From Candidatus Woesearchaeota archaeon (lineage in GTDB: Archaea; Nanobdellota; Nanobdellia; Pacearchaeales; GW2011-AR1), in the NCBI GenBank assembly GCA_964530955.1, contig CAZHCL010000003.1:1153-65152 (forward strand): a stretch of DNA of 64,000 nt, read 5' to 3'. Below the pieces are notes generated by a model. It had not been told where the DNA came from and made no database searches. It saw nothing but the letters and a program-made list of their open reading frames with translations. Shown here piece by piece: positions 17,934 through 25,780 of the stretch. A program made the translations under genes and the position numbers. The stretch's first letter is position 1. Every line of letters starts with the position of its first letter.

Positions 17934-20170
17934 TCAACAAACACTCTCTTTCCTTTTTTTATCTTATCCAAAATAATCTTGGATATCTCTTTTCTCATAA
18001 ACCATTCAGGAGGACTTTTGCCCTTCTTGAGCATTTCTCTAACTTGGGTTCCAGATATGTGGAATTTCTGCTCTTCAGGATGATTTTTTTCATCTTTTTC
18101 ATGTACATGCTCCTTTGTCTTAGCAGAATAAAATACTTTGTCAAATCTTACTGGAATTATTCCTAATTCCTCAGCAGAAAACTGGTCAAATACTTTATGT
18201 GAAGCATGAGGATGATAGTAATTTCCAACACCCGTATGGTCTCTTCCAACAATAAAGTGAGAACAGCCATAATTTTTCCTTACAAGAGCAGTGAAGAGAG
18301 CTTCTCTCGGACCCGCATATCTAGAATAGGAAGAAAAAGCAGAAAGAACAACCTTATTTTTAGGATATGAAATTTCCATAGCCTTTTCATAAGATTCCAT
18401 TATCGTATCTGCTTCAAAATCTCCAGATTTCTTTTTACCAATTATGGGGTGTATAAATATTCCGTCAGCTAAACTTTGCTCATATGCTTTCATTTGTATA
18501 AACTCATGAGATCTATGAGGGACATTTCGCGTATGGAAACCTACAACAACAGACCATCCTCTCTCTGCAAATATCTTTCTGGTTTGTCTTGGTGTTAGCT
18601 CATACATCTTGTAAGGAGAATCTTTTCTTTTTAGCATAGTAATCTTACCACCTACGACATATTCTCCCTTATCAACAAAGACCTTAACGCCCGGATGATT
18701 CATATCTCCAGTTCCAAATAATTTAACTGCAGACTGATTTCTATCTATCTTGAATACATCCTCAATCAGAATTTTACCATAAGTTTCTTTATCTTTAGCA
18801 AAAACTAAAGATACTTCTTGACCCTTTATCAGATTCCTTATTTCTTCCTGAGTAGCGCGAAGAAGTATTGGCAGAGGCCAGACAATTCCATTGCTCAAAC
18901 GCATTTTATCAAGAACAGAATTAAAATCTTTTTTATTCATAAAACCTTCAAGAGGGCTGTATGCTCCTATGGCTATTTGTTCCATATCCATCAAAGTTTC
19001 TTCGTCAACTATTAAAGATTTTTTCGGTATTTGATGAACTCCATTTGTGAATGCTCGGTTAACTAAAACTCCTCCGTGAGGTTTTATTAACAAATGGGGA
19101 ACAAAAGGAGATTTAGAATAGTCGCTTTCTTTTATTAATTCTAGAATATTTTCTCCTCTTTTCCATCCTAAGAATTCCAGCTGCTTTATAATAGTTCTAA
19201 GCATATTAACAGTTTCAACAGGATATTTCCCAACAGCAGTTTCCTTTGTAAGAGCTATGCCCGTCGCACCGTCAAGGATAGTGTTTATTATATCATTGAC
19301 TTCTGCTCTATTTGGCTTTAAAGATAAAGACATCTGCTCAAGAGTATTTGTCGCAATAAATATCTCCTTGCCCATCTTTCTACATTCACTAATAACATGC
19401 TTTTGTATAAGAGGTATTCTTTCTATAGGTATATCATGACTTAAGTCTCCTCTATCTATAAGTATTCCATTAGATTGCTTAGCAATTTCAACAAAATTTA
19501 TAAGACCTTTTCTTGACTCAACCTTTGAATATACATTAGCTTGAGGGTGCATTCTTTTGAATTCTTTGACTTCATCAGCCGACTTCATAAAAGATAACGT
19601 AAAGTGATTTATTCCATATTTTTTAGCTAATTTAACCGCAAAAATATCTTTTTTGCTAAAAGCAGGCAGACTGAATGTAGGACTATCTATGTATACTGCT
19701 TTCTTTCCGCCTACTCTTCCGCCGATTAGTACTCTGCATTCTATATATCCTCTTTTTTTTAGGTTAGAAGTACCAAATACTTTAAACAGCACAGAATTAA
19801 AATCAATTGAAACAAAATCTCCTTCTTTTAGGTAATCAACTGAATTAAGAGGATTAAGGCAAAAGTTACTCTTGTCGCACTTTATATTTTTGTTATATAG
19901 CTTTACTATAGCGCCTTCTGTAAAATCTATCTCTTCTTTGTGTGCATTTCCAGACCTTACCTGCGAACCTTCAGTATCTAAAATTATTGGAACTCCATAG
20001 GGCAATAAATCTTTTATTCTCTGCTCAATATCTTCCTGTTCAGTATGGGATAGATTAATTCTAAAGAAGCTGACACCTCTGTCCTTTAATCTAAGCAATG
20101 TTCCAGGATTGTTAGAGCCAGGCCCTATTGTAGATATTATCTTTACATCTTTCATCTTATTAATCAACAT
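17930..20170 (-). CDS. sat: Fusion protein: pyruvate-kinase-like barrel (N) :: sulfate adenylyltransferase / ATP sulfurylase (C)
   Basis: Single 746-aa ORF. Residues 1 to ~345 carry PK motifs IISTIGP, FRINLSH, DTEGSQVR, SKVESRKG, DRGDLSHDIP, ATNTLEQM and LTKETAVGKYP, with no PK C-terminal domain. Residues ~355-746 carry KPHGGVL, GFHTRNVPHRSHEF (RNP.H..H-type) and VGRDHTGVGNYY (GRDHAG) of ATP sulfurylase. Confidence 0.8.
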   Translation of the reverse strand: MLINKMKDVKIISTIGPGSNNPGTLLRLKDRGVSFFRINLSHTEQEDIEQRIKDLLPYGVPIILDTEGSQVRSGNAHKEEIDFTEGAIVKLYNKNIKCDKSNFCLNPLNSVDYLKEGDFVSIDFNSVLFKVFGTSNLKKRGYIECRVLIGGRVGGKKAVYIDSPTFSLPAFSKKDIFAVKLAKKYGINHFTLSFMKSADEVKEFKRMHPQANVYSKVESRKGLINFVEIAKQSNGILIDRGDLSHDIPIERIPLIQKHVISECRKMGKEIFIATNTLEQMSLSLKPNRAEVNDIINTILDGATGIALTKETAVGKYPVETVNMLRTIIKQLEFLGWKRGENILELIKESDYSKSPFVPHLLIKPHGGVLVNRAFTNGVHQIPKKSLIVDEETLMDMEQIAIGAYSPLEGFMNKKDFNSVLDKMRLSNGIVWPLPILLRATQEEIRNLIKGQEVSLVFAKDKETYGKILIEDVFKIDRNQSAVKLFGTGDMNHPGVKVFVDKGEYVVGGKITMLKRKDSPYKMYELTPRQTRKIFAERGWSVVVGFHTRNVPHRSHEFIQMKAYEQSLADGIFIHPIIGKKKSGDFEADTIMESYEKAMEISYPKNKVVLSAFSSYSRYAGPREALFTALVRKNYGCSHFIVGRDHTGVGNYYHPHASHKVFDQFSAEELGIIPVRFDKVFYSAKTKEHVHEKDEKNHPEEQKFHISGTQVREMLKKGKSPPEWFMRKEISKIILDKIKKGKRVFVE

Positions 20171-20229
20171 ACATCCCTTAAAAATATTGTGATGTAAAGA
20201 TTTAAAAGCAAAAAGAAATATTATTCTTA

Positions 20230-20919
20230 ATGAAGTTTAAACAGGTGAAAAAGTTCTTCAAGGGAGAGCATCTGACCCGCCCGTTGATAAAATATATTTA
20301 TCATCCAATAGCCATATTTTTATGTTGGATATATATTAATCTTAATATCTCTGCTAACATAGTTAATCTTCTTGGTTTATTTGCTAACCTTGTCGCAGCT
20401 TTTTTGATATTCAACGGAGGAAGAGGTTCTCTTGTACTAGCAGGATTTCTAATTTTATTTGCATATGTAAGCGATTTATGTGATGGAACAGTTGCGAGAG
20501 CATACGAAAAGAAAGATGCAATGGGTAAGTGGCTTGATGAGTCTGCTGGGCTTATAGGCATTTCATTAATCTTCTTTAGCCTTATGATGAGAACATTTAA
20601 TCAGACTGGAAATATAAGTATTATCTACCTAGGATTTTTGGCTATTTTCGGTTATTTAATGATGAACTTTGCAGCAATACTTTCAGAATTAATAAGAGGA
20701 AGGTTCAATCTGGAAAATAAAGCAGACAAATTCAGAAAGAAATTAGGAAAGAATATTCTTGGAATTAATCCTTCTTTGTTGTCATTCAGCTTTGATGTTC
20801 AATGGACAATTGTTGCATTAGGTATAATATTTAACATTCCTTATATCTTGTTTATTGTGTTTGGAATTCTTGCAAATCTACAATGGATAGGAAGATATTA
20901 CATATTTTGGGGCAAGTAA
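20230..20919 (+). CDS. CDP-alcohol phosphatidyltransferase family membrane protein
   Basis: DLCDGTVARAYEKKDAMGKWLDESAG fits D-x2-DG-x2-AR-x8-G-x3-D-x3-(D), but the last Asp is Gly. Polytopic. Confidence 0.7.
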   Translation: MKFKQVKKFFKGEHLTRPLIKYIYHPIAIFLCWIYINLNISANIVNLLGLFANLVAAFLIFNGGRGSLVLAGFLILFAYVSDLCDGTVARAYEKKDAMGKWLDESAGLIGISLIFFSLMMRTFNQTGNISIIYLGFLAIFGYLMMNFAAILSELIRGRFNLENKADKFRKKLGKNILGINPSLLSFSFDVQWTIVALGIIFNIPYILFIVFGILANLQWIGRYYIFWGK

Positions 20920-20937
20920 CTTAAAAGATAGATTATT

Positions 20938-21192
20938 TTATGCCCATCCAAACCTTGTTTTAACAGCACAAACCCATTCATAGTTGTCCCCTTTCTTTGC
21001 AAGACTATAATGTTCTATCTTATCTTCACCAATAGGCGAACCTTCAAACCCCCACACTCTTGCTCTAATAAAAAATGGAATGCTGTATCTATAACCTGCC
21101 TGCCTTGCTTGTTCTCCTATCTCTTCATCTGTAATAGTTCTTCCCGCATTTAACCTAGCAATTTCAAGAAGCTTTTCTAATTTAACACTCAT
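20938..21192 (-). CDS. Hypothetical small protein
   Basis: 84-aa ORF with non-repetitive composition. No motif recognised. Confidence 0.35.
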   Translation of the reverse strand: MSVKLEKLLEIARLNAGRTITDEEIGEQARQAGYRYSIPFFIRARVWGFEGSPIGEDKIEHYSLAKKGDNYEWVCAVKTRFGWA

Positions 21193-21267
21193 TAATTTAA
21201 TTTATAAATATCATTTATAACTCTTTCTGCCAGATAAATTTATAAGTCTGGTGCTCTGCTTCTTGGC

Positions 21268-21903
21268 ATGGAAAGAATAAAGTATCCCTACAGGCTAAAG
21301 AAGATTGCCAAAATGGCTAGGGGAAAGATTCTTGACATAGGATTCATGCTTCTTCCTAATCCTTATCTGAAGGGTGAGGAAATTATCGGAGTTGATATCG
21401 TTCTTCCAAAGCAAAAACCAGCTAATTATACGAAAATGGTCAAGGCAGACGTTACTAAAAAATTGCCTTTCAAAGATAACTCCATCGATACAATCATTCT
21501 TGGGGGAGTTATAGAGCACATTGAGAATCATGTTCATGCTCTTCGTGAAATGAACCGTGTTTTGAAACCTAATGGGGTCCTTCTAATGGAAACTCCAAAT
21601 CCATATTTTCTACCAGTAATATTTTCAGATGTATTTATGAATTTAAAATATTATTTTGATGACACCCATATAAGTTTATTCCCAAGAAGAATAATTCTTA
21701 AGTTATTATGGCATTCGGGCTTTGATTTGGCTAAAATAGAGAGCTCTGGGATAAATCTAAACGATTATGTTACTTTGCCTACCCCTCAGCAGATAGCTCA
21801 AGATGTAGTCTATGTCGCTGTTAAAAGAACTCCAAAGAATAGAAATTATCAAAAAATTCGTAGCATGAGAAAAGACAATTATGACGATGTTAAAGTAAAA
21901 TGA
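21268..21903 (+). CDS. SAM-dependent methyltransferase (type 11-like)
   Basis: ILDIGF...IIGVDIV and DTIILGGVIEHIENHVHALREMNRVLKPNGVLLMETPN. TATA box TTTATAAG at 21239-21246, 21 nt upstream. Confidence 0.65.
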   Translation: MERIKYPYRLKKIAKMARGKILDIGFMLLPNPYLKGEEIIGVDIVLPKQKPANYTKMVKADVTKKLPFKDNSIDTIILGGVIEHIENHVHALREMNRVLKPNGVLLMETPNPYFLPVIFSDVFMNLKYYFDDTHISLFPRRIILKLLWHSGFDLAKIESSGINLNDYVTLPTPQQIAQDVVYVAVKRTPKNRNYQKIRSMRKDNYDDVKVK

Positions 21904-22505
21904 AAGACATAAATGCCACAGTTATAGTTAATCTTGCTTCAAGTGAGGAAGAAATTCTTAGTAGCCTTCATAAAGATGCAAGATGGGGAATAAATAGAGC
22001 TAAAAGAGAATCTCTTTCTGTTGAAGAATCAGAAGATTGGACTGATTTTTACCCTATGTATGAGCAAACAATGAAAGAATCTGGAGTGGTGGCAACTCCA
22101 ATTGAAATATTAAAGGGTAAAACAGCAAAACTTTTTGTTTGTAAAAAGGAAGGCAAAGTCATTGCAGGAGCAGGAATCTGGTTTGTAGACATATATAATA
22201 AAGAAATTCCGAGACTGTATTTTAATGCTTCATTGAAAGAAAATCAAGCTGCGCAGCCCAATAACCTTCTTTATTGGCACTGTATATTGTGGTGCAAAAG
22301 TCAAGGTTACAAAGAATTTGATCTTGGGGGATGGCAGATAAACGCAAAGGGGCATTTAGAAGGAGTTAACAAGTTCAAAGAGAAATGGGGCAAAGTAGTC
22401 TACTTTAAGAAAGATTATCCGTTGCATAAAGCTCTTGGAAGAAAACTTGTAAGGAATTTTACTCTATTTAGGTTACTCAATAATAAAATTAGAAAGAAAC
22501 ATTAG
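21900..22505 (+). CDS. FemAB-family / GNAT-fold acyl(aminoacyl)transferase-like protein
   Basis: 201 aa. AGAGIWFVDIYNKEIPRLYFNASLKENQAAQPNNLLYWHCILWCKSQGYKEFDLGG resembles the C-terminal block of the FemAB/acetyltransf_6 families (N.L.w..i.wa...G...fDfGG). Confidence 0.5.
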   Translation: MKDINATVIVNLASSEEEILSSLHKDARWGINRAKRESLSVEESEDWTDFYPMYEQTMKESGVVATPIEILKGKTAKLFVCKKEGKVIAGAGIWFVDIYNKEIPRLYFNASLKENQAAQPNNLLYWHCILWCKSQGYKEFDLGGWQINAKGHLEGVNKFKEKWGKVVYFKKDYPLHKALGRKLVRNFTLFRLLNNKIRKKH

Positions 22506-23370
22506 ATTTTCTTGTCAGAAAAAGATCAGTCGCCTTTTCTCCCTGCAGATCATATTCTTTAATTAAATCCTTAACGTTTTTTCTTTCTATTTTCATCCTT
22601 TTTTCATCTATATCAAAAATATTGAATCCTAATTTTCTAATTAAGTTTAGGTAGTCCTCAGGAGAGCAGCCAGATTTTCTAAGGTGGTAGGGAGAAAACT
22701 CAGTAATTATTTTAATATTGGAATTTTTATTTATTATATTTTTCATACCTTTTAAAATTGAAAACTCAGAGCCTTGTGCATCAAGAAGTATAAAGTCAAT
22801 CTTTTGATTTTTTTTGAAGAAATTATCTATTGAAATTGTCTCTATCTCAATGAATTTTCTGTTGTCTCCAGAGTCATATATTCTATGGTCTCCCTGATTA
22901 TATTCATCAAGATATAACTTTGCTTTGCCATCCTTGTCAGATACTGCTTTTTTTACAGGTTCAATATTCAAGCAATTATTGCAAGCAATATTCTTCCTTA
23001 AAATATTGAAATTTTCGTGGTCTGGCTCAAATGCATAGACCTTTCCAGATTCACCTGCCTTCTTAGCCATCAAAACAGTATAGTAGCCTATATTTGCCCC
23101 TATATTTAATGCAATATCTCCTTCTCTTATATTATCAATTAGCAAGTCTCTGAAAAGTTTAGAACCATAGGGTCCATTATTAAGGTCTAAGGTATCAAAT
23201 CTATCTATATAGAACATATTTCCCTCCAACTCAACATATTCTGGCAAAGACCATTTCTTTATCAGGCGATTAAACTTCCTTACAGGTCCACGGTAAACCA
23301 TCTTTATTAGCCTACTTCTGGCAGAAATGTCTGCAAGTTTAGTTCTAACCTTTCTGACAATATTTTTCAT
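22489..23370 (-). CDS. FkbM-family methyltransferase
   Basis: ALNIGANIGYYTVLMAKKAGESGKVYAFEP matches the FkbM signature (D.GAN.G.y....VyAFEP). TATA box (revcomp TATAAATA) at 23392-23399. Confidence 0.75.
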   Translation of the reverse strand: MKNIVRKVRTKLADISARSRLIKMVYRGPVRKFNRLIKKWSLPEYVELEGNMFYIDRFDTLDLNNGPYGSKLFRDLLIDNIREGDIALNIGANIGYYTVLMAKKAGESGKVYAFEPDHENFNILRKNIACNNCLNIEPVKKAVSDKDGKAKLYLDEYNQGDHRIYDSGDNRKFIEIETISIDNFFKKNQKIDFILLDAQGSEFSILKGMKNIINKNSNIKIITEFSPYHLRKSGCSPEDYLNLIRKLGFNIFDIDEKRMKIERKNVKDLIKEYDLQGEKATDLFLTRKSNVSF

Positions 23371-23404
23371 ATAAAACGATTAAAAAAAGAGTATTTATAC
23401 TTTT

Positions 23405-24607
23405 TTAAGAAATAAAATCCAAAATAAGATTCTTTAATTCTATTAGGTCTTTTTCAGGCAGGTTATCTTGCATGACTACTATGCTCTTCCTTGCTGTTTT
23501 GTCTGAAACAGGCAAAGATTTTTCAGGCTCTTTGACTCCTTTAATATTAGCCAAGTACTCATTGTAATAATTAAGGCTTGGTTCAAAACACCCTTTTCTG
23601 AAAAGATACTTGGTTAACTCTAAAGGATTTACATTATTTTTGAATTTTATTGGGAATCTAAGAGCCAACGAGCCATTTTTATAAGGAAGCAGTTCCAAAT
23701 CCTTTTCATTCTTGAGAAGGTCGTACAATCTTTTGTAATTATTTTTTAGTTTTTGGAAAAGTACTTCGTTTCTTCTAATCTGGCTTAAAGCCAAGGAAAG
23801 TTCAAAATTATTAGGTGCTAAGAGACTGCTCTCTTTTCCGTAAATCAAATTTAACTTTTCAAATAGCTTAAATAATATAAATGAAAAAGTAGACATTATC
23901 TTAAATTTTTTTAATTTTACGATGCTTGTCAAAGCAAGCTTTCCAAAGAATCTAGAAATATTTCTCTTTTTATTGATTTGATATTTGTCTCTAATATTCT
24001 TAATCTTTTCAAAAAGCTCTTTATTATTAGTCATAAGAACACCTCCCTTTGTTAAGAAAGTTTTTCCAAAGCTGAAAATAGATACATCGCCGAAAGAACC
24101 TGATTTTATACCATCTATTTCTGCTCCAAGAGAATGAGCACAGTCTTCAATTAGCAAAACCTTTTCTTTTTTACATATCTTCTTTAAAGAAACCATATCC
24201 GCAGGATTTCCATAGATGTTTATTGGAAGAACAGCTTTGGTATTATTATCAATCGCCTGAATAACTCTATCTACAGAAATATTAAAAGTATTTTCCTCTA
24301 TATCGCAATACTTAGTCTTACAATTTTCATTTATTGTTTCAATTACTTCTCTGCAACCAAATGCTTGAGTCACTACATTTTCTTCTTTTTTGACATTAAT
24401 TGCCTTTAGGATAAAATCAATTCCAGACCGCGCACTTGGAATAACTATCGCATATTTAACCCCGATATATTTTTTCATAAAAATTTCTATTTGAGCAGAT
24501 AACTCTTCTTCTGATAAGTACTTATTAACAAGTTCTAAGTCATCCTGATTGAAGTTAGAAAATCTGGCAAGTCTTCTATGAAAATTTAAAGGGTTAAACA
24601 GATTCAT
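23405..24607 (-). CDS. DegT/DnrJ/EryC1-family PLP-dependent sugar aminotransferase
   Basis: IEDCAHSLGAEIDGIKSGSFGDVSIFSFGKTFLTKGGVLMTNN (PLP-lysine context SF...K). 400 aa. Confidence 0.75.
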   Translation of the reverse strand: MNLFNPLNFHRRLARFSNFNQDDLELVNKYLSEEELSAQIEIFMKKYIGVKYAIVIPSARSGIDFILKAINVKKEENVVTQAFGCREVIETINENCKTKYCDIEENTFNISVDRVIQAIDNNTKAVLPINIYGNPADMVSLKKICKKEKVLLIEDCAHSLGAEIDGIKSGSFGDVSIFSFGKTFLTKGGVLMTNNKELFEKIKNIRDKYQINKKRNISRFFGKLALTSIVKLKKFKIMSTFSFILFKLFEKLNLIYGKESSLLAPNNFELSLALSQIRRNEVLFQKLKNNYKRLYDLLKNEKDLELLPYKNGSLALRFPIKFKNNVNPLELTKYLFRKGCFEPSLNYYNEYLANIKGVKEPEKSLPVSDKTARKSIVVMQDNLPEKDLIELKNLILDFIS

Positions 24608-24628
24608 AAAATGAAAGATGACATTACG

Positions 24629-24636
24629 TTTATAAA
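24629..24636 (-). promoter_or_regulatory. TATA box TTTATAAA for the DegT aminotransferase / FkbM genes
   Basis: 21-nt spacer to the ATG at 24607. Confidence 0.55.
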
Positions 24637-24660
24637 TTTTTAGTTATGCGCCAGGTAAAC

Positions 24661-24668
24661 TTTAAATA
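24661..24668 (+). promoter_or_regulatory. TATA box TTTAAATA for the second GT9 gene
   Basis: 21-nt spacer to the ATG at 24690. Confidence 0.55.
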
Positions 24669-24689
24669 ACATATAGCCTAAACTCATTT

Positions 24690-25775
24690 ATGGGCTATGA
24701 AGAATACCAGATACTCCGAAAGATATCTAATACAAAAGCGAACTTTTTCTATTTTTTTGATAAAATAACCTCTTTTTTTATTAAAAGTAAAAAAATAGAT
24801 TCTGAATATCCGAAAAAGATACTAATAATCAGAAATGACCACATAGGAGATTTAGTTTTATGCACTCAAATCTTTCGGGAATTAAAAAAAACATACCCTG
24901 AGGCTGAAATTACTGCTTTAGTCTCTCCATTAGCAAAACCAATCATAGAAAAGAACAAAAATGTGGATAAAATAATTCCTCTCGGACTTTTTTGGAGAAA
25001 AAGAAACATTTCTTCCTTTATTGAATACTTTAAAGTTTTGAGAAAGCTAAGAAAGGAAAGATTTGATGTAGGAGTAGATGTAAGAGGGAGTGTGATTAAT
25101 ATATTTTCACTGCTTTGGCTTGCTGGAATAAAGAAGAGAATAGGATATTATAATCTCACAGGCGGAAAGGCTTTCCTTACAAATCCAATTAAACTTAAGA
25201 AACAGAAGCACACTATAAAAATAGACCTTGATTTAGTGAAGGAAGGTCTAAATCTTGGCAAAGTAAATTATTATCCTGAGATAATAACTGACAAAGAAGA
25301 TGAAAAGGCAGTTTCCAGATTTATTAAGGAAAAAGATCTTAAGAATTTTATTTGCATAGTTCCTGGAGCAAAAACAAGAGCTAAAGATCGTAAGTGGCCA
25401 GAAGAGAATTTTACAGAACTTGTAAAAAATTTTTCTAAAAAATATCCCAATTATAAAATCTTACTTATTGGCGGTTCAGAGGATAAAACTCTCATCGACA
25501 ATTTAACATTAAATAAAAATTGCCTCCCAATTATAAACTTTAACCTACGTGAATTATCCATTATTTTTAAAAAGAGCAAGATGGTAATTGCGAACGACGG
25601 AGGCCCTATGCACATTGCTTGGGTTTCAGGTGCAGAACTTATTTTTTTGTGGGGTTCGGTAAATCCAATTACCATGAGGGCTCTAAAAAATTCAGTAATT
25701 ATAATGGATAAAAATCATGATATAAGTAAGATTAGTTTGGAAAGAGTGGAAAAAGAAATCAACAAGATAATTTAA
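24690..25775 (+). CDS. GT9 family glycosyltransferase (heptosyltransferase-like), second copy
   Basis: ILIIRNDHIGDLVLCTQIFRELKKTYPEAEITALV (GT9 N-terminal signature) and LIGGSED...VIANDGGPMHIA in the C-terminal half. Confidence 0.7.
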   Translation: MGYEEYQILRKISNTKANFFYFFDKITSFFIKSKKIDSEYPKKILIIRNDHIGDLVLCTQIFRELKKTYPEAEITALVSPLAKPIIEKNKNVDKIIPLGLFWRKRNISSFIEYFKVLRKLRKERFDVGVDVRGSVINIFSLLWLAGIKKRIGYYNLTGGKAFLTNPIKLKKQKHTIKIDLDLVKEGLNLGKVNYYPEIITDKEDEKAVSRFIKEKDLKNFICIVPGAKTRAKDRKWPEENFTELVKNFSKKYPNYKILLIGGSEDKTLIDNLTLNKNCLPIINFNLRELSIIFKKSKMVIANDGGPMHIAWVSGAELIFLWGSVNPITMRALKNSVIIMDKNHDISKISLERVEKEINKII

Positions 25776-25780
25776 TTATA

